A stretch of 64,000 bases of DNA from Candidatus Deianiraeaceae bacterium (GCA_031537795.1 JAVKNF010000012.1:2620-66619), one strand, 5' to 3'; shown: positions 29,894 to 39,920, counted from the first letter of the stretch. The notes: generated from the sequence alone by a model not told the origin. Translations and numbers: made by a program.

Positions 29894-30503
29894 TTTTAAT
29901 ATATTTCTATTCATTTTTATTATTTATTCAGGTTATTCAGAGAATAAAGCTTTATTATTAGAAAAAAATAAAACTTTAGAATTCGCATCTTTTATAAACT
30001 CTATCAAAACTATAGACACAGACATAGAGCACAAAGTTAAAATCAAAAATCAAAAATCAAAAGAAGTAAATTTCATTCATATCAAAATAAAAAAACCTGA
30101 ATATCTATACTTGGAAGAGAAATCCAAAGGAAAACATATTGAAATAATCAGAAATAAAGATGTTGCGGTCTTTTCGGACTTGATATCATCTCAAACAACT
30201 TATATACCTCAAGAGCAAATTCTTAAAATAGATAATAATTTCAAGTTTAATATTCCAGAAAATTCTAAAATATACTTAAAATTAAAAGATAATTTATATG
30301 AATATTGCTATAATCAAAACCAAAATTATTTTTGTTTAATTCTAAATTCAGATAAATTAAATTATGAAAACATAAAAGGTATTTTTATAAAAGACAAAGA
30401 CGCAGTTGAAACGTTTCTATTTCGGAATCTAACAATAAATTCTGAAATTCAAGATTCTGTTTTTGAAATTAAAGATTATAGATTAAAAGATAAAAATGAT
30501 TAA
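29883..30503 (+). CDS. secreted protein, possibly LolA/LptA-like periplasmic carrier
   Basis: A signal peptide and a beta-rich 206-aa protein, with weak resemblance to the LolA pattern (..KIKKPEYLYLEE..HIEIIRNKDVAVFSD..). Confidence 0.3.
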   Translation: MLSSFNIFLFIFIIYSGYSENKALLLEKNKTLEFASFINSIKTIDTDIEHKVKIKNQKSKEVNFIHIKIKKPEYLYLEEKSKGKHIEIIRNKDVAVFSDLISSQTTYIPQEQILKIDNNFKFNIPENSKIYLKLKDNLYEYCYNQNQNYFCLILNSDKLNYENIKGIFIKDKDAVETFLFRNLTINSEIQDSVFEIKDYRLKDKND

Positions 30504-31593
30504 TTTTTTAAAATTTGCAAGGAAATGGCAAGAAGACGTAGATCTTAATTTGATTTCTATCGTTATGCTACTTTCTGTATTAGGATTTATAGCAGTTGGA
30601 TCTTCGGACATAGGAATGTCTAGCAGAATATCTATATCTAATTTTTATCTTTTCAAAAAACATCTTCTGTTCTCTGTTTTTGGTTTTTGTTTAATGATAT
30701 TCATTAGCACTCTTTCCTATGAATTTATATATAAAACTTTTAGATTTATATTTTTTATTTTATTTCTTCTTTTGGTTGTTAATATTTTTCTAGGAACAGA
30801 GATTAAAGGCTCGAAAAGGTGGTTAAATTTAGGTTTGATCTCAATTCAACCCACAGAATTAATGAAGCCTTTTTTTATATTAACTCAAGCTAGTATTATT
30901 TATTTTTTTAAAAGAAAGACGGCTATTATTTTATTTTCTTTAAATGCTTTTATTGTAATTTTTATTATTTTCAATCAGCCGGATCTTGGAACGTCTATAA
31001 TATATATATTTACAACTTGGATTCAGATTTTCTTATCAGGAGTCTCTCAAATTTTTATATTCTTCTTGCCGATATTTGGTATTTTAATTTTTATAATCTC
31101 TTATATATTATTGCCTCATGTAAAATTTAGAGTAGATCTATTTTTAAGAGATGAATTGCATTATCAAGCATATCAATCAACTAAAGCTATAAAAACTGCT
31201 GGTTTATTTGGGTCCGGTTTAGGAGACGGAACTATTAAATATAGAATTCCAGATTGTTATACTGATTATATATTCTCTGTGATATCTGAAGAATTTGGAT
31301 ATATTGGAATTGTTTGTATTATGATATTATACATAAAATTCTTCTTTAGAGGTTTGTTTGCGATAAAAAAACAGAATGAAATGCAAACTTTAAATTTTAA
31401 TATAGCTACAACTTCTTTATTTTTAATATTCTTTCAATTTATGATTAATATTTTAGTTGCAGTAAATGCAATTCCAACAAAAGGAATGCCTCTTCCTTTT
31501 TTAAGTTATGGAGGCTCTTCTCTTTTAAGTTTATATATTCTAATTGGTTTAATTTTAGCCTTTTCAAGAAAATCTTATGGATATGTTAGATAA
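30496..31593 (+). CDS. ftsW: FtsW/RodA/SpoVE-family peptidoglycan polymerase
   Basis: GSKRWLNLGLISIQPTELMKP, QPDLGTS, TDYIFSVISEEFGYIG, PTKGMPLPFLSYGGSS. Followed by murG. Confidence 0.85.
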   Translation: MINFLKFARKWQEDVDLNLISIVMLLSVLGFIAVGSSDIGMSSRISISNFYLFKKHLLFSVFGFCLMIFISTLSYEFIYKTFRFIFFILFLLLVVNIFLGTEIKGSKRWLNLGLISIQPTELMKPFFILTQASIIYFFKRKTAIILFSLNAFIVIFIIFNQPDLGTSIIYIFTTWIQIFLSGVSQIFIFFLPIFGILIFIISYILLPHVKFRVDLFLRDELHYQAYQSTKAIKTAGLFGSGLGDGTIKYRIPDCYTDYIFSVISEEFGYIGIVCIMILYIKFFFRGLFAIKKQNEMQTLNFNIATTSLFLIFFQFMINILVAVNAIPTKGMPLPFLSYGGSSLLSLYILIGLILAFSRKSYGYVR

Positions 31594-32719
31594 AGAAAAA
31601 TCAATCTGCTTTGCAACCTGTGGATCTGGAGGTCATGTATTTCCTGCAATAAACGTAGCTAGAGTTATGAAGGAAGAAAATAAAAATGTATTTCTTTCCT
31701 TAATTATAGATTCTAGAGGGTATTCTTATCTTGAGAAATCAGAAGGTTCTTTAGCTATATTTAATGTGGTGAATATTTTTGAAATCAGAAGAAAATCCGG
31801 TATCTTTTTTTATTATCTTGATTTATTCTTTTCTTTTTTTAAAACAATAAAACATCTATATAAATATAATTCAAAATGTTTATTAAGTTTTGGAAGTTAT
31901 CTCGGTTTTATTGGAATATTTGCCAGTTTTATTTCTTTTATTCCTTCTTTCTATTATTTTAGTGATATTGTATTAAGTTTTAATGCTAAAATTTCAGCAT
32001 TTTTTTCTACTAAATTCTTGTATAATTTTAGTTCAACAAAAATACCTTATTTAATTAAAAAAAAAAGTATAGAAGCTGGATACCCTTTCAGTAAAGATTT
32101 TGAAGAAAAGGAAAGATTTGACCTGTCTTATTCTGATTTTTATAAAACAGACAACATAAATTCTCTAAATATATTAATTTTAGGAGGAAGTCAAGGTTCT
32201 CAATTTATTACAGATATTGCAAAAGAAGCTGTTATTTTAGCTCAAGGAAATTTAAAAAAACAATTAAATATTCATCACCAAACAAGAAAAGAAGATGTTG
32301 AACAATTACGGTACTTTTATCTTAAAAATAATATTAATGTTGTGGTGTCGGATTTCTTTCAAGATGTGTATTCTCTTATGAGTAAATCTCACATTTTAAT
32401 ATCAAGATCTGGAGCCTCTACCATTGCAGAAATCTGTAAATTAGGCGTTCCTTCTATCTTAATTCCCTTAAGTACAGCAAAAAATAATCATCAATTTCTA
32501 AATGCAAAATTCTTATCTGATAATGAAGCTTGTTTTTTAATGGAAGAGAAAGCTTTAAATTCAACAAAACTTGGTAATTTAATTTCCGCAATAATTAAAG
32601 ACAATTTTATTAGCTCTCAAGATTGCTTGGCCAATATGCACAGTAAATTAAAATGTATTAAAATAGAGAATGCATCATTTAAAATCTCTAGATTAATAAA
32701 AGATTCAATCTTCAATTAA
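31577..32719 (+). CDS. murG: UDP-N-acetylglucosamine--lipid I transferase
   Basis: CGSGGHVFPAI, ILGGSQGS, ISRSGASTIAE, PSILIP. It contains an in-frame A10 tract at 32057-32066. Confidence 0.85.
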   Translation: MDMLDKEKSICFATCGSGGHVFPAINVARVMKEENKNVFLSLIIDSRGYSYLEKSEGSLAIFNVVNIFEIRRKSGIFFYYLDLFFSFFKTIKHLYKYNSKCLLSFGSYLGFIGIFASFISFIPSFYYFSDIVLSFNAKISAFFSTKFLYNFSSTKIPYLIKKKSIEAGYPFSKDFEEKERFDLSYSDFYKTDNINSLNILILGGSQGSQFITDIAKEAVILAQGNLKKQLNIHHQTRKEDVEQLRYFYLKNNINVVVSDFFQDVYSLMSKSHILISRSGASTIAEICKLGVPSILIPLSTAKNNHQFLNAKFLSDNEACFLMEEKALNSTKLGNLISAIIKDNFISSQDCLANMHSKLKCIKIENASFKISRLIKDSIFN

Positions 32720-32861
32720 AAATGAATAAAAAGAATAAATTTGACAATAAAAAAAATAAATTACAGGTAGTTACTGCTATTGAATATAAAATATGTTAAA
32801 AAAATTATTGATTATTATATTATCTTCTTTATTTCTTGTTGTTATATTTTCTATTATAAAA

Positions 32862-33560
32862 ATGCGTTCTTCAAAAAATATTAAATTTTTAAATATAGTC
32901 CTAATCGGTATAGCTGGCTCTGGCAAGGGAACTCAAGGAGATTTAATTAAAGATAAATTTAATTTATACAAACTTTCAGCTGGTGATGCATTAAGAGAGC
33001 ACAGAGAGAATAAAGGTAAATACACAGAAATAATTAATCAAAAAATAGACAAAGGAGAATTAGTACCAAGTGAAATTACAAGTGATATAATGTTTGAAAA
33101 AGTTGAAAAAGTAATAGAAGAGCAAAAATTTCAAGGAGTTCTTTATGACGGCTTTCCTAGAAATCTTGAAAACGAAGAGTCTTTAGATAAATTTCTAAAA
33201 TCTAAAAATATGAAAGTTGATTTAGTTGTGTATATCAATGTAAAACAAGAAGAAGTTCTAGATAGACTAAAAAACAGAATGACTTGCGGTAAATGTGGAG
33301 CAATATATAACAAAAAAACAAAAACACCTAAACATTCAGGAATATGTGATGAATGTGGAAACGGTAATCTATCTGAAAGAGCTGATGACGGAGATTTAAA
33401 TGCTATAAAAAGTAGATTTGATATTTTTGAGAAAATGACATATCCAGTTCTTGAAAATTATAGAAAAAATACACAAGTTTTAGAACTAGACGGAAATAGA
33501 GCTCCAAATTTAATATCTACCGATATTCTTAAAAAAGTAAAGGAGATTATAGAAGAATAA
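32862..33560 (+). CDS. adk: adenylate kinase (Cys4 zinc lid type)
   Basis: IVLIGIAGSGKGTQG, GELVPSE, LYDGFPRN, and the lid CGKCGAIYN..CDECG. The internal ATG at 32862 is preferred; the ORF-track start at 32793 would add a hydrophobic extension. Confidence 0.85.
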   Translation: MRSSKNIKFLNIVLIGIAGSGKGTQGDLIKDKFNLYKLSAGDALREHRENKGKYTEIINQKIDKGELVPSEITSDIMFEKVEKVIEEQKFQGVLYDGFPRNLENEESLDKFLKSKNMKVDLVVYINVKQEEVLDRLKNRMTCGKCGAIYNKKTKTPKHSGICDECGNGNLSERADDGDLNAIKSRFDIFEKMTYPVLENYRKNTQVLELDGNRAPNLISTDILKKVKEIIEE

Positions 33561-33565
33561 TTCTT

Positions 33566-34069
33566 GTGAAAAGATATATTTATCTTTTCATTGTTCTCTT
33601 GTTTTGTCTTCTTTCTTTCTATTCTTTTTCTGATCAAATATTACTCTTTGAATCTAAAAATTGGGGTTTAATTAAAAAAGAAGAGGAAAAATATTGTTAT
33701 ATGCTTTCTTATAAAATAGATTCGTTGACAAATTCTCAAAATGAAAGAAAACCATATATTATGCTTATAAAAAAGAATAATAGATTTGATTGGCTTGTAT
33801 ATTGTGATTTTATTTTAAGGCCAAATTCTGAAATTTCTTTATCTTTTAAAAAAAATGGTAAAGTTTTCAGATTTATTCCAAATGGAAAAAACACATCGAC
33901 TGCCTTTTTGGCGAATGAGAAAGAAAGTCAGGTTCTACTTAATGAAATAAAAAACGCAGATTTTATTCATATATTTTCAGAATCTATTAATTATCAATAT
34001 GCAATTGATTTTTATTCAATTGATAATTTCAATGCAGTTTTTGAAAAAATGAAAACTTACTGCTTTTAA
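33566..34069 (+). CDS. secreted protein, possibly IalB (invasion-associated locus B)-like
   Basis: A signal peptide and a 167-aa protein with a W..(x)..C..L pattern (SKNWGLIKKEEEKYCYMLS) and a C-terminal Cys. The resemblance is weak. Confidence 0.3.
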   Translation: MKRYIYLFIVLLFCLLSFYSFSDQILLFESKNWGLIKKEEEKYCYMLSYKIDSLTNSQNERKPYIMLIKKNNRFDWLVYCDFILRPNSEISLSFKKNGKVFRFIPNGKNTSTAFLANEKESQVLLNEIKNADFIHIFSESINYQYAIDFYSIDNFNAVFEKMKTYCF

Positions 34070-34137
34070 TTTAATCAATATTTTATTCTATCATAAAATA
34101 TACAATGTGTCAAATATTAAATTTAAAAATCTTAATT

Positions 34138-34225
34138 TGGTGCCTATGACCGGAGTCGAACCGGCACGAAGATTACCTTCAAGGGATTTTAAGTCCCTGG
34201 CGTCTACCAATTCCGCCACACAGGC
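34138..34225 (-). tRNA. tRNA-Leu (anticodon TAA)
   Basis: An 88-nt hand-folded type II tRNA: acceptor GCCTGTG/CATAGGC, anticodon stem AGGGA/TCCCT with loop CTTAAAA, long variable arm GAAGGTAATCTTC, T loop TTCGACT, and an encoded CCA. Confidence 0.85.
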
Positions 34226-34364
34226 CTGTGTAGATTAAATATTTATTTTAAAAAATTATAATCAAGTTTTTCTTATATTTTGACATAAACTATTTTAAAG
34301 ACATTAATTCTTGTTATGCAGTTTTAAAACTTTACTTTTAATTTATCTAATTTAATTAATTTTT

Positions 34365-35474
34365 ATGAGTTTAAAATCTGGTATAGTTGGGCTTCCTAAT
34401 GTAGGTAAATCTAGTCTATTTAATGCAATAACTAAAACTCAAAATGCGGTATCTTCAAATTACCCTTTTTGCACAATAGAACCAAATATTGGAAGGATTT
34501 TAGTGCCGGATGAAAGACTTGAAAAACTAGCTCAAATTGCACATTCTGAAAAAACTATCTTTAACAATATTGAAATTATGGACATAGCAGGGCTTGTAAA
34601 AGGAGCAAGCGAAGGAAAAGGTTTAGGTAATAAATTTTTAAGCAATATTAGAGAAGTTGATGCAATCTTACATGTTGTAAGATGTTTTGATGACGACGAG
34701 ATTATACATGTAGAAAATAAAATAGACCCTGTTTTTGATGCTAGCGTTATAGAATCTGAATTAATTTTGGCTGACATTGATTCAATTTTAAAAATTGAAG
34801 AGAATTTACAAAAAAGAAAAGCAAAAGAAAAATATTTCGAAGAAAAAATAAGCACTATTTCTAAAATTAAAGAAATTCTCTTTAAAGACGAAATGCTTTA
34901 TATAAATAAAGATAAATTCACAGAACAAGAGCTCAATTTCATTAAAAAAGATTTCTTCTTGTTAACAATAAAACCTATGATATATATTGCTAATTTAGAT
35001 GAAAATTCTATTGCAAAGCCAGACTCTAATTCACATTTTAATAATTTGAAGAATTATAGTGAAAAGAATAATTTAAGAATAATACCAATTTGCTCGAAAT
35101 TAGAAGAAGAAATGTCCACATTTTCAGAAGAAGAAAGAGTAGATCTTCTTTTATCATTAGATATAAAAGAAAACGGGTTAGCAAAAATAGCTAAAGAGAC
35201 TTACAACATATTAAATTTAATAACATTTTTTACTATAGGTCCAAAAGAAGCAAGAGCTTGGACAATAAAAAAAGATGCAAAAGCACCAGAAGCCGCAGGG
35301 GAAATTCATACAGATTTTCAAAAAGGCTTTATAAAAGCTGAAACTATTTCTTTTGAAGATTATATTAATTCTAAAGGAGAAAATGGAGCAAAAGAAGCTG
35401 GAAAATTAAGACTAGAAAGCAAGGAATACATCGTCAAAGACGGAGATGTAATGCATTTTAAGTTCAATTTATAA
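34365..35474 (+). CDS. ychF: ribosome-binding ATPase YchF
   Basis: GIVGLPNVGKSSLFNA, YPFCTIEPN, DIAGLVKGAS, NKFL..IREVDAILHVVR, and the C-terminal TGS-like DGDVMHFKFN. Confidence 0.92.
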   Translation: MSLKSGIVGLPNVGKSSLFNAITKTQNAVSSNYPFCTIEPNIGRILVPDERLEKLAQIAHSEKTIFNNIEIMDIAGLVKGASEGKGLGNKFLSNIREVDAILHVVRCFDDDEIIHVENKIDPVFDASVIESELILADIDSILKIEENLQKRKAKEKYFEEKISTISKIKEILFKDEMLYINKDKFTEQELNFIKKDFFLLTIKPMIYIANLDENSIAKPDSNSHFNNLKNYSEKNNLRIIPICSKLEEEMSTFSEEERVDLLLSLDIKENGLAKIAKETYNILNLITFFTIGPKEARAWTIKKDAKAPEAAGEIHTDFQKGFIKAETISFEDYINSKGENGAKEAGKLRLESKEYIVKDGDVMHFKFNL

Positions 35475-35722
35475 GATTTTGGTCTTTTTCCTCTTCTTTG
35501 TTTACTGAATTTAAATTTAAATCTGGATTTAGATTGTAATTTCTTTCTAAATCTATATTATAAATACCTATCTTCTTTTTTTTATCTATTTTAATTTCTT
35601 TCTCATCTTCTTTCTTAAACATAATAAAACAAGAGAATTATAGAATAATTTTGTTAATTTGCAAGATTAATCTTCAAAAAAAGAACATCATCTAAAAAGT
35701 ATCGATAATTAAATATTATAAG

Positions 35723-35741
35723 TATGTTCTTAAAGAACATA
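35723..35741. repeat. 19-bp perfect palindrome TATGTTCTTAAAGAACATA (function unknown)
   Basis: Every position was checked for complementarity around the centre at 35732. It lies in the convergent ychF / PqqC-like intergenic region, immediately before AGGAGG. Confidence 0.85.
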
Positions 35742-35798
35742 GGAGGAATTATTTCGTTAAATCAAAGATCTTAACTAATAAAAATAATACAAAATATT

Positions 35799-36482
35799 TC
35801 AATTATTTTTGCATCCTAATTTACATTTATTCATCATTCCATCTAAAAATGTAAATAAAGCCTTTGAAGCTAATTTTGCAGAATTAGAGAAAATTTCTTT
35901 CTGATCTTCATTAAAATTATTTATAATACTTTCCCACTGTTCCGTGTGCCAAACATCTGATATCATATGAACTCTAAAAAAAGAAAGAGATTCTTGAGAG
36001 GAAACATTATAATGTTTTATAAGCCCTTCTATTTTTGATTTTGCAATTTCAGGAATTTGATATTCATAAGCATAAAATGTTCCAATTGCTGATTCTTCCG
36101 AGTCGCTAACTAAAATCTTAAATGTTTCAATCAATAGTCTAGTTTCTATATTCATATTTTCAGACTCAATATCTGATTTACTAACTGAAAATTCTTTAGC
36201 AAAATCCAACCAAAGATTTATATGTGAAGTTTTTTCATTTTGCTTCCCTTTCTCATCTTCTAAATTCTCTTCTACAACATTATAAATTGGTGAATTCTTT
36301 GTCAATTTTTGTTTTAGATTTTCTAAACATTCAACAAAATTTCTTTCTTGCCAATAATATTGCTTCGCATAATCTGCTAAATTATCTCTTTTTAACTTAC
36401 CTTCTGTCCAATAATGTTTATAAAAATCATGAGACAAAAGATGATATTGTTTTAATTTTTCTCTTAAATTATTCAGAAACAT
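35799..36482 (-). CDS. TenA/PqqC/CADD-family di-iron oxygenase-like protein
   Basis: FYKHYWTEGKL, YAKQYYWQE, EKTSHINLWLDFAKEF, FYAYEYQIPEIA, ISDVWHTEQW. Confidence 0.6.
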   Translation of the reverse strand: MFLNNLREKLKQYHLLSHDFYKHYWTEGKLKRDNLADYAKQYYWQERNFVECLENLKQKLTKNSPIYNVVEENLEDEKGKQNEKTSHINLWLDFAKEFSVSKSDIESENMNIETRLLIETFKILVSDSEESAIGTFYAYEYQIPEIAKSKIEGLIKHYNVSSQESLSFFRVHMISDVWHTEQWESIINNFNEDQKEIFSNSAKLASKALFTFLDGMMNKCKLGCKNN

Positions 36483-36520
36483 ATTTTGGTTTTTTTGATT
36501 TAATAAAAATAATTATCAAG

Positions 36521-37420
36521 TTAATTTAAAATTATATCTTCGAATTCTTGAAAATTCTTAATTCTTTTAAAATCTTCAAATTGATTTTTATACCAAGTAT
36601 CTTGATGTTTGATATAATTTCTTGTTTTTTGCTTTATTTTTTCGATCATTTCATCTTTTTGTATTTTATTTTCTAAAAATTGCTCTATTTCACTAAAACC
36701 TATTGTTTTGTAAATTAAAAAATTTTTGTAATCCAAATCTTTGTATTTATCTATAAATTGTACCACCTCTTCAACGGCGCCATTTTCTAACATAAAATCA
36801 ATTCTTTTTTCTGCATTTTTATAAAGAGATTCTCTGTCAAGATACAACAAAAATTTCTTTGTTAGATTATTCTGCAACAGTAAATTTTTATTTTCTTCGA
36901 ATTCTTCAATTCTTTTTCCAGTTTGCTTAAAAACAGATAAATATCTTATAATTCTTTTTTTATCATTTATCTTTATAAATTTTTTATATTCATAGTTTAT
37001 GTGTAGAAGATATCTGTAAAGAGAATCTTTATTTTGATTGTATTCTTCTTCTATCAAATTAATAATTTCCGTTTCAATCTTCGGAACAGAAGATAAACCA
37101 TCTATTAATTTTCTTACATATAAAGGTGAACCACCTACTATAAAAATAAAGTCCTCTTTGCTGTTTATTATTTCATTATTTACATTTTCTATTAAATTAC
37201 TTAAATTGGAAAATTGATCAGAATCCAAATAACTATAAAGACGATAATTATTCTTAATTTCAAAGGGTTGAGCTGATAAAATCTTATTATCTTTATAAAC
37301 TTGAAAACAATCAATATTGATAATTTTTATAGTTTTATCTTGAAATTTTGCCTCAAAATCTAATACAAATTTACTTTTACCTGATGCGGTATGACCAGTT
37401 AAAATAATTATATTCTTCAT
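36521..37420 (-). CDS. miaA: tRNA dimethylallyltransferase
   Basis: IIILTGHTASGKS, INIDCFQVYK, VGGSPLYV. The ATG at 37420 (MKNIIIL) is preferred over the ORF-track start at 37456. Confidence 0.8.
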   Translation of the reverse strand: MKNIIILTGHTASGKSKFVLDFEAKFQDKTIKIINIDCFQVYKDNKILSAQPFEIKNNYRLYSYLDSDQFSNLSNLIENVNNEIINSKEDFIFIVGGSPLYVRKLIDGLSSVPKIETEIINLIEEEYNQNKDSLYRYLLHINYEYKKFIKINDKKRIIRYLSVFKQTGKRIEEFEENKNLLLQNNLTKKFLLYLDRESLYKNAEKRIDFMLENGAVEEVVQFIDKYKDLDYKNFLIYKTIGFSEIEQFLENKIQKDEMIEKIKQKTRNYIKHQDTWYKNQFEDFKRIKNFQEFEDIILN

Positions 37421-37455
37421 AGAAGAATTATATTCTCTAAAAAATAATAAAGTCA

Positions 37456-38388
37456 ATGCTTGATTTTAAATTTTCCTTTAATATTTTCATTCTAATATAT
37501 TATTTTATGCTTATATCTTTGGAAAAGTTCATAAAAATATTCAATTTTCTATTTAGAAGAAATAAAACTATTGATATAAGAGAAAGATTTATTACTTTAA
37601 TTTATTTTATTTATACAATTTTATTTTTATCAGGCGCCGAAATTTTCAACAAGATTATCTTTTTTATATTTTTCTTGCTTACGCCTTACTTCAAAATAGC
37701 AAAACCTATAAACAATTTTCTATTTCAAAAGAAACAACAATTTAGAGTTTTTCAAAAATTAAACAACAATTATGATATTTTCAAAGAAAACACAGATTTA
37801 AAAGATGAAATAATTGAATACAGGCGCATTATTCAATTCTTAAATAAAGAAAATCTCTTTAATTTAATTTCAAAAACTAATAAGAAATTTGAATTTATTC
37901 AGTTTATCGAACCAATAAATATCAATTCTAATGAATATATTTTTGCAAAGTCTAGAGATTTGGAGAATATAAAAATTAACGATATTATAATAAATTCGGA
38001 TTTTCATTTAATAGGTAAAGTAACTCACATTGATAAAATTTTTAAAATCTTAAGAATTCAATTAATTGAAAGCAATAAATCAGCGATACCGGTAATTATC
38101 AAAAATAGCAATATTCAAGGCTCTATAAATATAAATAACAATAAATCAATTTGTGAGTTAGTTTTTACTCTAGATGTAACAGACTTAAAATTAAAAGATC
38201 AAGTACAGGACAATGATATAGTCACAACGTCTGATTTAGATGAAATGATTAATTCTGACATTATAATCGGTTTAATTAAGAAAAAAAATAATATTTTATG
38301 TATTGAAAGACTTGAATCTTTCAAGAAAAATAATCTATTTTTAATAAAAAATAAATTTAACCTCGCGGACGTAGAAACTAATAAATAA
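37456..38388 (+). CDS. rod shape-determining protein MreC-like
   Basis: An N-terminal membrane segment, a coiled coil (LKDEIIEYRRIIQFLNKEN), then beta domains with HLIGKVTHIDKIFKILRIQLIESNKSAIPVII and DNDIVTTSDLDEMINSDIIIGLI (compare GDxVVTSGLxxxFPxGxxIG). Confidence 0.5.
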   Translation: MLDFKFSFNIFILIYYFMLISLEKFIKIFNFLFRRNKTIDIRERFITLIYFIYTILFLSGAEIFNKIIFFIFFLLTPYFKIAKPINNFLFQKKQQFRVFQKLNNNYDIFKENTDLKDEIIEYRRIIQFLNKENLFNLISKTNKKFEFIQFIEPININSNEYIFAKSRDLENIKINDIIINSDFHLIGKVTHIDKIFKILRIQLIESNKSAIPVIIKNSNIQGSININNNKSICELVFTLDVTDLKLKDQVQDNDIVTTSDLDEMINSDIIIGLIKKKNNILCIERLESFKKNNLFLIKNKFNLADVETNK

Positions 38389-38411
38389 CTAAAAGTAACC
38401 TGATTTAAGTT

Positions 38412-39833
38412 TTAAGAAAATATATCAAATTCTTTTTTTTTATAAGATGGAAGTTGTAAATCTGAACTGATATTTAGATTAATGATAGTTCCTTGATCTA
38501 CTCTTACAATTGGTTTTACAGTTTCAGAAAATTGGCTTGCCATTTGTTTAGCTATAGCAGTTGCGGTTTGTATTAGGCTTTGTGCGGCTGCATTACCAGG
38601 TGTAATATTAGAAGTAGCAACTGAACCGTTATTATTAACAACTTGAGACTGACCTGTTAAATTAAATAATTTTTCTGTCGCTATTGCGGTTCCTAATGTT
38701 ATAAAAGAGAAGAAGATTGAATTCTTAACCATTTCCATATATCTAGAGTCCACGTTACCTGATATACCTGTTCTACCTTGCGAATCTGTTGCTTGAGCAT
38801 TCATAGATATAGAAAGTCCGTCTGGTCTTAATAGTTTTGTCCACGAAACTGCCAATCTAGATTGCCCTGCGGTTAATTCGGAGGAATAACTTCCATATAC
38901 TCTAGAGCCTGCCGGAATTAAGATCTTATCTCCCATTTCTCCGTACACATCTTTAGTTACGACACCTCTTATATTTCCTTCTTTTTCAGAGTTGATAGCT
39001 GTTTCAAGCACAACTTCTATCATTTTACCTGTTGAAATCGTGTTACTTAAATTACTTATTCTTGTTATGCTTGAAGTGTCTTGATCTATATTGCCTTCTT
39101 TCACTGAAATTAAAGAAGAATCTAAAATTATTAAATCTGCTGTTCCACCTCTCGCAAGTCTAGATTGCATATTACTCTTTTTTATTGCCCCACCTCCTGT
39201 GTTCACAATAAATAAACCATTTGCAGAGTTGATATTTGAATTATTTGCATTTTGAGTTGTTGCAACTTTAACATCTGAATCTTTGTTGTCGAGTATTAAT
39301 TCTGGTTTGTTTGATGTATTTAGAGTAGGAGGTTCATTGTTTCTACTCTCTTCTTTTTTTATTTCGTTCTCTTTTTCTTTATTAAAATCCTTTTCTTCTG
39401 TAAGTTTTATTTCATTATTCAAATTCGGCACTGTAGGAATATTTAAAGTCGGAATTTGGATATCCGAAGCTGTATCTTTATTTCTTATACCATCTTTAAG
39501 TAATATTTTTTCAACTGAAGCTTTATCCTCTACTTCTATTTTTCCTTTCTTTTCAATTGAAGTAATTTTTATTTCATTTTTACGAGTATTAATTTTAGGT
39601 GAAATGCTTTTTTTGGAATCTGATACATCTTCAAATATCAACTTATAACTTAAAGTTGCAAGGCTTATAATTATAAAAACATATTTTCCATATTGCCCTA
39701 TAATAGCCTTTGCTAAAGCAGGTTTAGAATTATCTTTTGAGGTATTCTCTTCTTGAGCTTTCTTGGAATTTTCATTAGTCTTTTTTACTGTATCTTCGAA
39801 GTCTTCTATAGTAGGGAAAGCTTTTTTCTGCAT
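38412..39833 (-). CDS. virB10: type IV secretion VirB10/TrbI-family protein
   Basis: An N-terminal cytoplasmic tail plus a TM, and a C-terminal barrel. GKMIEVVLETAINSEKEGNIRGVVTKDVYG..ILIPAGSRVYGSYSSELTAGQSRLAVSWTKLLRPDGLSISMNAQATDSQGRTGISGNVDSRY closely parallels Agrobacterium VirB10. Confidence 0.85.
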   Translation of the reverse strand: MQKKAFPTIEDFEDTVKKTNENSKKAQEENTSKDNSKPALAKAIIGQYGKYVFIIISLATLSYKLIFEDVSDSKKSISPKINTRKNEIKITSIEKKGKIEVEDKASVEKILLKDGIRNKDTASDIQIPTLNIPTVPNLNNEIKLTEEKDFNKEKENEIKKEESRNNEPPTLNTSNKPELILDNKDSDVKVATTQNANNSNINSANGLFIVNTGGGAIKKSNMQSRLARGGTADLIILDSSLISVKEGNIDQDTSSITRISNLSNTISTGKMIEVVLETAINSEKEGNIRGVVTKDVYGEMGDKILIPAGSRVYGSYSSELTAGQSRLAVSWTKLLRPDGLSISMNAQATDSQGRTGISGNVDSRYMEMVKNSIFFSFITLGTAIATEKLFNLTGQSQVVNNNGSVATSNITPGNAAAQSLIQTATAIAKQMASQFSETVKPIVRVDQGTIINLNISSDLQLPSYKKKEFDIFS

Positions 39834-39920
39834 AAAGAAACAACTAAATTATATATATAAATAATTTAATTTCAAGAAATATTTGACTTATAATTCATTT
39901 ATACTTTATTTAATTTAAAA

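Noticed and set aside
32793-32861. Adenylate kinase with an N-terminal transmembrane or signal extension
   Set aside because: The extension depends on choosing the longest ORF. An internal ATG at 32862 gives a normal-length Adk starting about 12 aa before the P-loop, which is more parsimonious.
35475-35798. A ~50-codon minus-strand small ORF in the ychF / PqqC-like spacer
   Set aside because: On careful base-by-base indexing, the frame from the ATG at 35622 hits TAG after 17 codons. My first reading had slipped frame.
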